The notes: a model not told the origin generated them from the sequence alone. A stretch of 64,000 nucleotides of DNA from Chitinivibrionales bacterium (GCA_038247415.1 JBBRUX010000003.1:64001-128000), one strand, 5' to 3'; shown: positions 1 through 10,734, counted from the stretch's first letter. Made by a program: numbers and translations.

Positions 1-1
1 C

Positions 2-2746
2 GTTGAGTTTGTTTCAAAAGCCAGTGCAGATCAGCGGAAGGGGAGATGTGGAAGAGTTTGCGAGGGGGTCTGTATTAGGCTTTATTCCGAATACGATTAT
101 AGTGCTATGGATGCATTTACACCACCAGAAATATTCAGGAGTAATCTTTCCGATGTTATTTTGTCGATGACATCATTGCATCTTGGCAGAATAGATGCGT
201 TTCCATTTCCCGAAATGCCACCTAAAAATGCTATTAGCGATGGCTATAAGCATCTGCGCGATTTAGGAGCTTTAACTAAACAGGATACGCTTACCGCATT
301 AGGCACCGCTATGGCCCGTTTTCCGATAGATGCGTATATAAGCCGGATGATTGTTGCAGCGCAAGAGCTTGGGGTTGTGCGGGAAATACTCGTTATTACT
401 TCGGCACTCTCGATTATTGATCCTCGGGTACGACCTTTGGGTAAGGAGTCTTTTGCGGATGCTGCACATAAAAAATGGATTGAGCCAGAGTCCGATTTTG
501 TTTCGTTTTTACGCATGTGGGAAGATTATCATGCAGACGATGTTGGATCATCAACCTCACGCTTAAAAAAATATTGTGTCGAGAATTACCTTGCTTTTAT
601 GCGAATGCGTGAGTGGGAGGATATTCACGAACAACTTTCCCGATGTGCGGGAATCAAAACCTTGGATAAAAGTATCCCGCTGCAAATAAAAAATACAGCA
701 GATTTACATAAGGCACTTCTGTGCGGGTTAGTGAGTGGTATTGCTCAAAAGCAGGAGAATGGGCAGTATCGCCTTGTGAGGGGTGGCACAATGCAACTAT
801 TTCCTGGATCGGCTCTGCATCGAAAAAAACCCGATTGGATAATGGTGAGTGAAATCGTTGAAACATCCAATGTATATGGGAGAATTGCTGCAAAAATCGA
901 TCCTGTCTGGATTGAGGAAATGCTTCCTTATTTATGCAAAAAACATTATGGTGAACCGCGTTTTGATGTAACAACCCAGAGTGTAAAAGCTTTAGAGTAT
1001 ATAACGTTTTATGGATTGCCACTGAGTGCTGGCAAAAATGTGGAGTATGGTCCAATCGATTCAAATCGGGCTACCGATATATTTATTTCTGATGGCATTG
1101 TAGCTGCCGCCTTGACAACCCGATTTGCTTTTCTTGAAAATCTGTTGGCATTGCGCAAAAAAATATGCCGGTGTGAGGCCAAAATAAGGCAACCCGATCT
1201 TTTAATTGGCGAGATGCAGCAGTGTTCGTGGTTTGCAGAACGGCTTACCAATGTTTATTCTGTAAAAACCCTGCAAGCGGCACTTAAAGAAAAAGGGAGT
1301 GACCTTTTTTTAACAATGAGAGAATCTGAATTATTAGTACGAGAAATTCCGGCAAGCGTTGAGGGATTTCCAGATACTGTTACGATCGGGTGTGTTGCAT
1401 TTGCGGTCGATTATGTTTTTGCACCAGGGGAGACACTCGATGGTATTTATGTTAGAATTCCTCTTTCTGTCAACAAGTATATTCCCACCTTTATTTTTGA
1501 TTGGTGTATCCCAGGTATAAGGCGGGAACAAGTTTTTGAGGTTTTAACTTGCTTGCCCAAAGAAATCAGGAAATCTTTTTTTCCGCTTGAGCAGAGTGCC
1601 GATCGGATAGCAGCGGATCTGATTTTTTCACCAAAACCTATTATTGATGCTATTCTTCAACAGGTTATGAAAGAGGTTACCGAGAAAAATCCCCTTTCTT
1701 TAGATAGTATACTTTCACAGCATTTGAAGCCGGGAAGTTCGCTTGCTGCTGCAACACAACCATTTTTTTCCGAAGGATTTGAGAAGTATGCCTTGGGGTG
1801 TTTTGAAAATGCATATGGACAATTTAGGAAAAAGAACCTTTCGGAATGGAGTATTGAAGATTTACCAGAGTGTAGAGTATTGTTGGAATCGACACAGGGT
1901 TTTTCTTTATATGGATATCCAGCGCTACAAAGGCGGGATGGTGTGGTTGATTGTTGCCTTTTTTCGAACAAACGCGAATCTCTTGTGGAACATGAAAAAG
2001 GAGTTGCTGCATTGCTTCATCTCAATCTTGCAGCAGAACTCTCATGGTTCGAAAAGGAGCTTTCCGGTTCACAAGACTTAAAGATACTCGCTAAGCCCCA
2101 CGGGGGATTCGATCTTCTGCGCAGCAATCTTATCGCTATGATACATGCCCATTCAGAATGTGTGGATCGGCATATTCGTACCCAAAAAGATTTTTTGATC
2201 CTTTTAAGTCAACGCAAAAAGGAACTTGCTCTAGGGGGGAGAAAGGCAACAGACATTGCAGCGGAAATCCTTTCTACTGTAGGAAATCTTAAAAAAACTA
2301 TTCGTATTAAGCAATCTTTGGTTACAACCGCGCAACAAAAGAAGAGTGCTGCAGATTTGATGGAAAAGTGCGATTGGTATGGCACATGGCTTTTTGATCC
2401 TGGTCTTTCGATGCATTTTTTCATGCATATCCCTCGGTATATCCAGGCATTTTCTTTTAGAGTGGCCAAAGCTTTTGTAGATCCACTAAAATATGAGAAG
2501 AGGCTTATGGTTCTCATTCCCCTGTATGCACGGTTAGAATCATTCCGTGCGCGAAGCGCCCGCTATCCCCGAAATGGCGCATTTGTCCAGTATCTTATTG
2601 GATGCGAAGAGATGAATATCTCTCTTTTTGCACAACAAGAGGTGAAAACTGCGGCCACCATTTCCGAAAAAATCCTCGCAGATTTAGCTCAACGGGTTGA
2701 AGAAATGTTGCTTGAGTTGCGCAATCGGACTTCAAAGACTAATTAG
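2..2746 (+). CDS. hrpA: ATP-dependent DEAH-box RNA helicase HrpA (5' end outside window)
   Basis: Frame is open from base 2 and reads VEFVSKASADQRKGRCGR (DEAH motif VI), then PEIFRSNL, an HA2/OB region and a DUF3418-like C-terminus (EEMNISLFAQQ). Confidence 0.9.
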   Translation, partial: VEFVSKASADQRKGRCGRVCEGVCIRLYSEYDYSAMDAFTPPEIFRSNLSDVILSMTSLHLGRIDAFPFPEMPPKNAISDGYKHLRDLGALTKQDTLTALGTAMARFPIDAYISRMIVAAQELGVVREILVITSALSIIDPRVRPLGKESFADAAHKKWIEPESDFVSFLRMWEDYHADDVGSSTSRLKKYCVENYLAFMRMREWEDIHEQLSRCAGIKTLDKSIPLQIKNTADLHKALLCGLVSGIAQKQENGQYRLVRGGTMQLFPGSALHRKKPDWIMVSEIVETSNVYGRIAAKIDPVWIEEMLPYLCKKHYGEPRFDVTTQSVKALEYITFYGLPLSAGKNVEYGPIDSNRATDIFISDGIVAAALTTRFAFLENLLALRKKICRCEAKIRQPDLLIGEMQQCSWFAERLTNVYSVKTLQAALKEKGSDLFLTMRESELLVREIPASVEGFPDTVTIGCVAFAVDYVFAPGETLDGIYVRIPLSVNKYIPTFIFDWCIPGIRREQVFEVLTCLPKEIRKSFFPLEQSADRIAADLIFSPKPIIDAILQQVMKEVTEKNPLSLDSILSQHLKPGSSLAAATQPFFSEGFEKYALGCFENAYGQFRKKNLSEWSIEDLPECRVLLESTQGFSLYGYPALQRRDGVVDCCLFSNKRESLVEHEKGVAALLHLNLAAELSWFEKELSGSQDLKILAKPHGGFDLLRSNLIAMIHAHSECVDRHIRTQKDFLILLSQRKKELALGGRKATDIAAEILSTVGNLKKTIRIKQSLVTTAQQKKSAADLMEKCDWYGTWLFDPGLSMHFFMHIPRYIQAFSFRVAKAFVDPLKYEKRLMVLIPLYARLESFRARSARYPRNGAFVQYLIGCEEMNISLFAQQEVKTAATISEKILADLAQRVEEMLLELRNRTSKTN

Positions 2747-2934
2747 GCCGTCGCCTAACTCTTTGATTTGCAATCTGTTGCTCCTTAAGAACGTATCGCA
2801 ATTCATTTGGCCCTTTATTTACAAGGTAATTCTTGATTATTAGAATGTTGAGTGCTACACTTATGATTGTTCGCTAAAACACTCACAAGAGAATCATAAC
2901 GTTTTTTTATATACCTATTTTTAAGGAGGCTTGT

Positions 2935-4827
2935 ATGCGTAAACGGATTGCAGGGCTCATTGTTGCTAGTTTGTGTTTGCCGGCTCTGGCGTTTCATAAT
3001 TTCTCGATGACGCCGGATACCGTTGGAATCGGCGATTCAGTTACCATTTCAGGTGATTACGAGGCTATTGGAGATACCGCCGACATTTTTATGTTTATTG
3101 ATAGAAATAATAATGGAGTATTTGACAGTACCATAGACTTGAATCCTATGGAGGATAACGGAATGGCCGTTATAGATGGTGACACGTTGTCTACCGAATC
3201 AATTGATTCGTTGCGAGATGGTAAGTTTTATGCAAAGTTTGCTGCTACCAGTTTTCCGTTTAATATGCCCGGGAAATTAGTGATGATATTTACCGATAAG
3301 GCTATCGCAGATACTGCCTCTGTTTTTATTATAGAGAAGCCTACTAAGACTTTTGTAATGGGTAAAGTGACAGGTCCATCGGGTGGTTTGGCAGATTTGA
3401 TCATTTCTGCGTCATTTCAGTCTCAAAAGGGGTCCGCTAATATGACCTATTCGGAATGTATGACGAAAGCAGATGGATCGTATGTTCTGTATTTGGACAC
3501 GGGTAGTCGCGGGTCGAAAGCATATATTCGGGTTCGAGATGATCTCAACGTATTGCCCGATTCCTTATATGTTCCTTCTGGAATTGATACCATGCTCGTT
3601 GATTCTCTCAAAGAAATTAATTTTTCCTGCAAAGTAGTGCACGCCTACGCAAAAGGCTTGGTAGTGGATGAAAAAGGAATCCCCGTCGGTGGGGTAGAGC
3701 TACGCTTAAATGACCAAAATGAGGGTGATGGAATTGCTATGGTAACTGATTCGTTCGGGGTTTTTGTGACGGGGATTTATCCTGGATATTGGAATGTAAA
3801 TCTTGACAATAAAAATACTACGGGATTTCTTATTAAATCGAGAACTGGTTCTTTTATGGTTTCCGATACTACCGATACTGCGTATGTAAAGGTTTCTCTG
3901 TATAGGGCAACATCTTCTATACGGGGAAAAATTGTAGATCCTGATACTATTTTCGATCCAATCCAAGGATCTTTTCGTTTGTCTATTAATGCGTTTACCC
4001 GCACTACTTCAGATACAAATACCTATTTTGCATCGTCGCTCATTAATCAGGATAAATCTTTTTCAATTCCCTCTGCTGTTTCTCAGGATAGTGGGTATTC
4101 AATTTCATGTGGAACCTGGGGTAATTTCCCTAGCAATTACTACATTTTCCCGCCTAACCCTGTTTCCGATATGCGCTTAAAGCAAAGCCCTATTGGCAAA
4201 TATCTGGCAGGGTATGAAAATGTTCGAGCTGGCGCCGATTCAATCAATTTTTACCTTCGCAAAGGCGATGCTACAATCAGGGTTGCCTTGATTGATACTG
4301 TGGGAGATATCAAAGGCGCGACGGTTTTCTTTGTAGACACAGCAAACCACTTTTATATGATTCAATCTGATAACAATAATAAGGGAATGATAAGTCAAGC
4401 ACTGCCGGCAGGAAATTATGTGGTCGTGGCTATGGGATGGTCACAAACCGGTCAGCAGCAGGCAATGTTTGGGCCAATTGCCCTTGTTGATCAGGATACT
4501 ACCATTGAACTTACTCTTTCACCCGCAATGATGAGTTCGCATAAAGTAATTAATGCTAAAGGGCATGGCTTTGCTTTAGGTGTAACGACGCGTGGGGGTT
4601 TACGGTTTACAGTTGCAACTCCCATATCGGGACATGCTGTTTTGCGCATTTATTCAATGTCTGGGCGTTTAGTGCAAACGATGTTGGATAAAGATATCGG
4701 CGTTGGATCGAAGATGATTCCGGGGAGCGGTTTGCAGCTCAAAGCAGGAAATATGTATGTTGCTAAGCTGACTCTATCAGGACCACTTGATTATCAGAAA
4801 ACGCAGATGTTTACACTCGTCCCATAA
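2935..4827 (+). CDS. Secreted beta-rich protein with carboxypeptidase-regulatory-like repeats and a FlgD/T9SS-like C-terminal domain
   Basis: AAGGAGG SD; signal peptide MRKRIAGLIVASLCLPALA; DRNNNGVFD Ca-binding-like loop; C-terminal LRIYSMSGRLVQT...GNMYVAKL. Confidence 0.6.
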   Translation: MRKRIAGLIVASLCLPALAFHNFSMTPDTVGIGDSVTISGDYEAIGDTADIFMFIDRNNNGVFDSTIDLNPMEDNGMAVIDGDTLSTESIDSLRDGKFYAKFAATSFPFNMPGKLVMIFTDKAIADTASVFIIEKPTKTFVMGKVTGPSGGLADLIISASFQSQKGSANMTYSECMTKADGSYVLYLDTGSRGSKAYIRVRDDLNVLPDSLYVPSGIDTMLVDSLKEINFSCKVVHAYAKGLVVDEKGIPVGGVELRLNDQNEGDGIAMVTDSFGVFVTGIYPGYWNVNLDNKNTTGFLIKSRTGSFMVSDTTDTAYVKVSLYRATSSIRGKIVDPDTIFDPIQGSFRLSINAFTRTTSDTNTYFASSLINQDKSFSIPSAVSQDSGYSISCGTWGNFPSNYYIFPPNPVSDMRLKQSPIGKYLAGYENVRAGADSINFYLRKGDATIRVALIDTVGDIKGATVFFVDTANHFYMIQSDNNNKGMISQALPAGNYVVVAMGWSQTGQQQAMFGPIALVDQDTTIELTLSPAMMSSHKVINAKGHGFALGVTTRGGLRFTVATPISGHAVLRIYSMSGRLVQTMLDKDIGVGSKMIPGSGLQLKAGNMYVAKLTLSGPLDYQKTQMFTLVP

Positions 4828-4855
4828 TTTTTTTTTCCTTTAGTTTCTTTTGTGG

Positions 4856-4889
4856 CGCGAATAGATACATTCTATTCGCGTTTTTTTTT
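4856..4889 (+). terminator. Intrinsic terminator
   Basis: CGCGAATAGA-tacat-TCTATTCGCG followed by T9. Confidence 0.85.
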
Positions 4890-4987
4890 CATAAAAAGAT
4901 ATCTTTTATTCTCATTGAGGGTGGTCGTGTCGTATTTTATAAGCGCACAACAGGATCTATCCTCATTTTAAAAAGGGGCTTAAAGGT

Positions 4988-5797
4988 ATGTCCACCGATT
5001 TTTTAACGATTGTTAAAGAGTTTACAAATGCACAGTTGCTTCACGAATTTTATACCAACAAAGATCAATATACCCCTGAATCTATTGGGGTCATGGAAAA
5101 AGAAATTGGGCTTCGTAGAATTAGTGATGAAGAAAAAAACACTTTCTTGGGTGCGCCCGAAGAAAACGAAAAGGAATATCTCAAAGATGATTTTGTAGCC
5201 TTCGACTACAGGTTTTCCAATACCGATATCGTGCTTGCGGGCGCAATTTGCAAAGATTGCGGAATTGTTTGTTATGTCAATAAGGCTGCCACCGATGTAT
5301 TAAACGTGGAGCCCACCGCCGATGTCGTATACACCCTCTATGTTCACAAAGAATTTATCGATAAAGCCCATGAAGCTCTTGATGAGCACTTCGAGAAAGA
5401 TGGTGGTTTGTATCGGTTACGAGAGCTACCGGTTGCCGATAAATTAAGGCTTATTAATTTTAATGAAATTTCGCTCTCCGCAGAGATTGAGCAGCACGAG
5501 TGTGAAGTATCATTTTCCTTAGAGGAGCAAGGCATTATTGCACGCTATGTGCGCAAGCTTATCGATGAGGTTGACACAGTAGAGCAATCTACCGGACGGC
5601 CTGTATTTTTTTATGATAATCTCGAAGATATCGAGAAGAAACTTTCTAAAAAGCCGCTTCAAAAACTATGCGTTGGAGACATACTCGCAATCATGGAAGT
5701 AATCCAAGTGTATTGCACCAAGCCAGATTTCCCCTCTGAAATGAACGAAACTATTACGGGATTGCTTGGGTTCTTGTCGATGATTGCAAAAGGGTAA
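4988..5797 (+). CDS. Hypothetical acidic protein with a possible DUF2007-like central domain
   Basis: 269-aa ORF with SD; segment FSNTDIVLAGAICKDCGI...LYVHKEFIDKAHEAL resembles DUF2007. Confidence 0.55.
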   Translation: MSTDFLTIVKEFTNAQLLHEFYTNKDQYTPESIGVMEKEIGLRRISDEEKNTFLGAPEENEKEYLKDDFVAFDYRFSNTDIVLAGAICKDCGIVCYVNKAATDVLNVEPTADVVYTLYVHKEFIDKAHEALDEHFEKDGGLYRLRELPVADKLRLINFNEISLSAEIEQHECEVSFSLEEQGIIARYVRKLIDEVDTVEQSTGRPVFFYDNLEDIEKKLSKKPLQKLCVGDILAIMEVIQVYCTKPDFPSEMNETITGLLGFLSMIAKG

Positions 5798-6920
5798 AGT
5801 GGGCACCTGTTGTGAAATCGTTATAGGTATGGGGGATAAGGGACGTAGGGATAAAAACAATATATCCCGCGCCATCGGGCGTGCGTGCGTATAAAGAAAT
5901 GGCAGCACAGTTGCAGGTGGCTTTCAATCCCGTAACAATGGTGTATGCTTCGCGCTGGAGTTTGTCGGATGTCTGCTTGTGGGTATCGTAGAATATGTCA
6001 AGTGTCCCGTTTTCTTTTTGTTGAATGGTTCGAACAGTACCAAACTTTTTAAGAAATATCCCTGCTGATACGGCACTTTTTCCCAGAAGTTTTTCCATGG
6101 CAATGCGTGTTTCGTGAGCCTTCTCCGGTTCTTGAGCGTCTTCATAGGCATTGATAAGACCCTGCCACGCTTCGATGTTGTTTTTGTTGAATGAAAGAGC
6201 GAGCTTGAAAAAACGGATCGCTTGCACTGTCTCGTTGCACGTTGTGGCCGAGTCGGAATATGAATCGGATTGGGAAGCCCGTGCTGGGTCGGGGCGTTGT
6301 TCCACGGGCTGTGAAAGAGGCTCCGCGCCTTTTGTAGGTTGAATTGATGGTTGCACAACAGAATGTAATGTTTTTTGTGTCGATTGAATTTCCAATGCCA
6401 AATCTGTTGGCGCTGTGGAATTGGGTTTAAGATTAAAAAGGGACGCGAAAAAAGCACACAGAGCTATCACCAATAATCCGCCCACCCAATAATACCACCT
6501 AAACTTCATCAATTGTTGAAATGGAGTAAAACGGATATCGGTGGGGGATTCTGAGAATGAAAGAGTTGGTTGAATCGAAGGTGTAGCGAGTTTAACGACG
6601 ACGGGGGCTTCTGGCATTGCGGGGACTTGTTCTGGTTGAGGAGTATCTGGTCTTTGTGGAGCAAGCGCATTGCCCTGAATTTTGTGGCTTTCTGGAAGGG
6701 ATGATTGGGCTATAGACGCAACAACCCCAAGTTTTTCTAATTGCCGCAGAGCAAAGCGGGCTTCATCGCCAGAAATACGGCGCATATAAATGATAGGGAG
6801 ATTTGTCAGCATCGATTGAGCTTTGGCCAATGGGATATTGGGATCGTGGGCAAGATGCCGGGCTAAAACAGGAAATGCTCGATTGTTATTGATTGCTGTA
6901 ATAATGACATCACATTGCAT
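5754..6920 (-). CDS. Membrane-anchored protein: L7/L12-CTD-like N-terminus, one TM helix, TPR-like segment
   Basis: LAKAQSMLTNLPIIYMRRISGDEARFALRQLEKLGV; TM WVGGLLVIALCAFFASLF; AIRFFKLALSFNKNNIEAWQGL. Confidence 0.6.
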   Translation of the reverse strand: MQCDVIITAINNNRAFPVLARHLAHDPNIPLAKAQSMLTNLPIIYMRRISGDEARFALRQLEKLGVVASIAQSSLPESHKIQGNALAPQRPDTPQPEQVPAMPEAPVVVKLATPSIQPTLSFSESPTDIRFTPFQQLMKFRWYYWVGGLLVIALCAFFASLFNLKPNSTAPTDLALEIQSTQKTLHSVVQPSIQPTKGAEPLSQPVEQRPDPARASQSDSYSDSATTCNETVQAIRFFKLALSFNKNNIEAWQGLINAYEDAQEPEKAHETRIAMEKLLGKSAVSAGIFLKKFGTVRTIQQKENGTLDIFYDTHKQTSDKLQREAYTIVTGLKATCNCAAISLYARTPDGAGYIVFIPTSLIPHTYNDFTTGAHFTLLQSSTRTQAIP

Positions 6921-7111
6921 GAAAGGTCTCTTTGTGCGCTTTGATTGGCTGGGGTGGCATTTGGACGATGAACGAAGCTCCTCCTAAGTGTATAATAATT
7001 GCTCTAAATGAGGGAAACTATTCTCTGTATTGACAGCTTGTAGGGCACGATGCATTTTTAAAGACTTGTTTTGAAGATAGCTTTGGTATTTATCTGAAAG
7101 GACCTAGATGC

Positions 7112-7201
7112 ATGTCGAGCGTTAAGAAAAAAAGAAAAGCGAAAATTAATAGGCATAAACGCAAAAAACAACGTCGATTGAACCGTCACAAGAAATCGTA
7201 G
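7112..7201 (+). CDS. 29-aa basic protein of the AURKAIP1/COX24 (ribosomal bS22/mS38-like) family
   Basis: Hand translation MSSVKKKRKAKINRHKRKKQRRLNRHKKS*; GAAAGGA SD upstream; terminator downstream. Confidence 0.85.
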   Translation: MSSVKKKRKAKINRHKRKKQRRLNRHKKS

Positions 7202-7260
7202 TGCCGGCCAGATCAGCCTAGGTTGCCCAGGGCACATAGGTTTTATGGTTTTGATAGGCA

Positions 7261-7290
7261 AGGCGGATGGGAGTTTCCCGTCCGCTTTTA
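7261..7290 (+). terminator. Intrinsic terminator
   Basis: GCGGATGGGA-gtt-TCCCGTCCGC-TTTT. Confidence 0.75.
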
Positions 7291-7333
7291 ATTTGTAACA
7301 TCACGTTCGTTACGCTCCCTATGGGATTTTCTC

Positions 7334-9496
7334 ATGGAACAGGTACGCGTTACCGTTCGCGATACCACCTTCCGCAATAGCGATACCGGATTCTCGGTTG
7401 TTCGTACTGTGTATGAGTCCTCGCTTAATGCACTATCCCTTGTTGGCGTGCTCCCGGAAGTACACGCGGGCGAAGTTTTAATTGCCTCTGGTGAATTTGT
7501 AAACCATCCTCGTTTTGGTTCACAATTTTCTGTTTCTTCACTCCACATCGAACCGCCGTCTTCCAAAGAGGCCGTGTATACGTTGTTGGCTTCTGGATTT
7601 GTTCCGCACATTGGCCCTTCGCGTGCGCGCAAGATTGTAGATCTCTTTGGCGATCAAACCCTCGAAGTGCTCGATACCCAACCGCAACGCTTACGTGAAG
7701 TAAAGGGAATTGCAAAAAAACATATCGATCGCATTATTACAAAATGGGTTGAAAAAAAAGCAATTCGGGCGCTGATGCTGTTTTTGGCACACTACGATAT
7801 TTCACCAACGTTTGCAGGACGAATTTATGCCGCGTATAAAGATGCGTCAATTAAAACCATTCAGGAAAATCCGTATTGTCTAATAAGCGATATTTGGGGC
7901 ATTGGTTTTAAAAAGGCCGACGCAATTGCACAAAAAATTGGTTTTCCTCATGATTCTTTCCGTAGAATACGTGCTGGAATTGTGCACGTGTGCCTCGAAG
8001 CTCAAGGCGAAGGGCATTTGTTTGTAGACTATAGCGAGCTTGTGAACCAAGCTTCAGAGTTGCTTGCCGTTCCAAGCGATGCCGTGATCTTTTCGCTTGA
8101 TGACCTCCTTGCTACCCGGGAGCTTGTGCGAGAAGATACGAGAGTGTACCTCAAACAATCGTGGTATGCGGAAGCCGCTGTTGCTAATCTTATTAGTCAA
8201 AGAATTGCCGTGTCGGGCTTAGGGGTACAAACTAGTGCGCTCGATTCCTTTCTAGGCAATTATTCTCACCTGAGTGGCTGGGTGGGAGATCCCTTGCAGG
8301 TGACTGCTATTAAGGAAGCTATTCAGAACACTTTGTTTTTATTAACAGGTGGACCAGGGACCGGTAAAACAACAACGCTTAAGGTCATTGTCGCGTATTT
8401 TTTGCAGCAAAACTGTCGCATAGCCTTGGCTGCCCCAACCGGACGTGCTGCCCAGCGCATGGGGGGAATATCATCGGTAAAGGCGCAAACCATTCATCGA
8501 CTTTTAGAATTTAAACCCAACGGTGAATCGTTTGCTTTTGCGCGTAATGAAAATAATCAGCTTGAAGCTGATGTTATAATTGTTGACGAAGTGTCTATGA
8601 TTGACATTTTTCTCATGCGTTCGCTCTTATGTGCATTGTCCCCTTCAGCACGATTGGTGTTGGTTGGAGATCCCGATCAGTTGCCGTCGGTGGGGCCTGG
8701 AGCTGTTTTAGCTGATATTTTGGGCACCAGATCTCTTGCCCATGTTCATTTACAGAAAATCTTCCGTCAAGAGCATGGGTCAACCATCGTTGGTGCTGCC
8801 CATGCTGTGAGTGCGGGCACTGTTCCAATCTTTAGTAACGCCAAAAGCGATAATTGCTTTTTTCTGTCACGCGAAACACCCGAAGAGTGTCTTTCGTGCA
8901 TTATAGATCTTGTCAAAACACGATTGCCCTCAAACTATGGTCTTAATCCAATTGCAGATATTCAGGTTTTATCCCCAATGCACAGGGGGGTGGTGGGAAC
9001 GGTAAATCTGAATATAATGTTACAAAAGGAGCTTAATACATCTGTGCAAACCATAGCACGCGGGGAAGTCGTATTTGCCTGCGGCGATAAAGTTATGCAA
9101 GTTCGAAATAACTATGAGAAAAATGTTTTTAATGGCGATATTGGCTTTATAGAATCAATACAGGCCGATACGTCTCTTATGGTACGCTTCGATGAGGTTT
9201 GTGTTGAGTATGATTATGGCAAGCTCGATCAATTGATTCATGCGTATTGCATTAGTATCCATAAAAGCCAGGGATGCGAATTTAAAGCCGTAATTATTCC
9301 GGTAACAACACAGCACTATGTGATGCTCAAGCGAAATCTTATGTATACTGCAATGACGCGTGCGCGCACGGTGTGCATTTTTGTAGGCAGCAAAAAAGCC
9401 CTTGGCATTGCAGTAGCGGCTCAGGATGCGTCTGCACGCAACACGTACCTTGGTCAACGTATTCTCGAAGAATTGTCGAAACAGTCAAGAAACTAA
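7334..9496 (+). CDS. recD2: ATP-dependent RecD2-like SF1B DNA helicase
   Basis: HPRFGSQF, HhH repeats (IWGIGFKKAD), Walker A GGPGTGKTT, DEVSM, GDPDQLPSVGPG, SIHKSQGCEF, YTAMTRA. Confidence 0.92.
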   Translation: MEQVRVTVRDTTFRNSDTGFSVVRTVYESSLNALSLVGVLPEVHAGEVLIASGEFVNHPRFGSQFSVSSLHIEPPSSKEAVYTLLASGFVPHIGPSRARKIVDLFGDQTLEVLDTQPQRLREVKGIAKKHIDRIITKWVEKKAIRALMLFLAHYDISPTFAGRIYAAYKDASIKTIQENPYCLISDIWGIGFKKADAIAQKIGFPHDSFRRIRAGIVHVCLEAQGEGHLFVDYSELVNQASELLAVPSDAVIFSLDDLLATRELVREDTRVYLKQSWYAEAAVANLISQRIAVSGLGVQTSALDSFLGNYSHLSGWVGDPLQVTAIKEAIQNTLFLLTGGPGTGKTTTLKVIVAYFLQQNCRIALAAPTGRAAQRMGGISSVKAQTIHRLLEFKPNGESFAFARNENNQLEADVIIVDEVSMIDIFLMRSLLCALSPSARLVLVGDPDQLPSVGPGAVLADILGTRSLAHVHLQKIFRQEHGSTIVGAAHAVSAGTVPIFSNAKSDNCFFLSRETPEECLSCIIDLVKTRLPSNYGLNPIADIQVLSPMHRGVVGTVNLNIMLQKELNTSVQTIARGEVVFACGDKVMQVRNNYEKNVFNGDIGFIESIQADTSLMVRFDEVCVEYDYGKLDQLIHAYCISIHKSQGCEFKAVIIPVTTQHYVMLKRNLMYTAMTRARTVCIFVGSKKALGIAVAAQDASARNTYLGQRILEELSKQSRN

Positions 9497-9546
9497 AAAA
9501 AATGGCATCCTATTTTTAAAGACTTTTGCAAAGAGGGTGGAGAATA

Positions 9547-10500
9547 ATGAATACGATACGATTAGGGGTAATTGGAGCAGGCGTTTTAGGGTCATATCAT
9601 CTGGAGAAGTGTTGTAAGCATTCTCATGCAGTGTGTAGTGGTATTTACGATCAGATACATTCTTTGGCGATAGAGAAGGCATCGCGTCATAACTGTACTG
9701 CCTTTGCATCGGTTGCAGAGCTCCTTGCCAATTCCGATGCAATTATAGTGGCAACACCGGCGCGAACGCATCATGAGGTCGCCATGGAGTGCCTTCGAGC
9801 TGGAAAACATGTTTTAATCGAAAAGCCCTTAGCCGCGAGTGTCGCAGAGGGCGAAGAAATTGTTGAAACTGCGCGTAAAATGGGGTGCGTGGTACATGTT
9901 GGTCATTCGGAAGCATTTAATCCTGCAATTATTAAACTGCATGAATTTGCTCCTGCACCGCAATTTATAGAGGTACATCGTCTTGCAGCATTTTCGCCAC
10001 GGGGGACAGATGTGTCGGTTGTACTTGACCTTATGGTACATGATATACATCTGGTATTACGATTTTGCAAGGAATTGCCCGACCCCGAAAAAAGCCTCGC
10101 TACGGGTGTGGCTATTGTTTCCAATGATATCGATATTGTGAATGCCCGTCTCATGTTTCCTTCAGGATGCGTTGCTAATATGACAGCGAGCAGAATATCC
10201 GCAAAAAAAATGAGGAAGTTTCGAATGTTTCAAAAGAGCGGTTATTTTTCTGCCGATCTAGACAAAAGAGAAGTGGTCAGGTGCTGGCTAACTCAACCTT
10301 CGCAGCAGGAATCCGGACCTATCGGGATGTCTACGAGCATCGCGGAACCATCCGATGCGCTGAGTGCCGAGCAAGAGGCTTTTCTGTCGGCGATTTCGGG
10401 TGTTCCATCGGTGCCCGGTTGTGGCGGAACAAGTGGTTCAGAAGCGCTCAATGTGCTGATTGTCTGCGAAATGATTTTAAATCAGATCCAAAAGCGGTAA
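9547..10500 (+). CDS. Gfo/Idh/MocA family oxidoreductase
   Basis: GVIGAGVLG Rossmann motif, HVLIEKP, DLMVHDI. Confidence 0.88.
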   Translation: MNTIRLGVIGAGVLGSYHLEKCCKHSHAVCSGIYDQIHSLAIEKASRHNCTAFASVAELLANSDAIIVATPARTHHEVAMECLRAGKHVLIEKPLAASVAEGEEIVETARKMGCVVHVGHSEAFNPAIIKLHEFAPAPQFIEVHRLAAFSPRGTDVSVVLDLMVHDIHLVLRFCKELPDPEKSLATGVAIVSNDIDIVNARLMFPSGCVANMTASRISAKKMRKFRMFQKSGYFSADLDKREVVRCWLTQPSQQESGPIGMSTSIAEPSDALSAEQEAFLSAISGVPSVPGCGGTSGSEALNVLIVCEMILNQIQKR

Positions 10501-10557
10501 GAAAAGCAGCTTGCATATTTTTATTAAGTTAGCGAGCTCTAAAACATGCCTTTTATT

Positions 10558-10586
10558 TTGTATTTTGGCTTAACGTATAATATTTT
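10558..10586 (+). promoter_or_regulatory. Sigma-70-type promoter for tRNA-Arg
   Basis: TTGTAT-17 bp-TATTTT ending 14 bp before the tRNA. Confidence 0.5.
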
Positions 10587-10600
10587 TCTTTTTGAAACAA

Positions 10601-10674
10601 GCGCCAGTAGCTCAGTTGGATAGAGCGTCGGCCTCCGAAGCCGAAGGTCGAGGGTTCGACTCCCCCCTGGCGTA
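10601..10674 (+). tRNA. tRNA-Arg(CCG), CCA not encoded
   Basis: Acceptor GCGCCAG/CTGGCGT; anticodon arm TCGGC-CT CCG AA-GCCGA; T loop TTCGACT. Confidence 0.93.
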
Positions 10675-10734
10675 GATAATTCGCATTCTTTACTCATTGA
10701 AAACCATGGCAAGGCCTTCACAAAGGGGGGTATT

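Noticed and set aside
10650..10666. A-C mismatch in the tRNA-Arg T stem (GAGGG/CCCCC)
   Set aside because: A single mismatch is tolerated in many tRNAs and all other features are intact.
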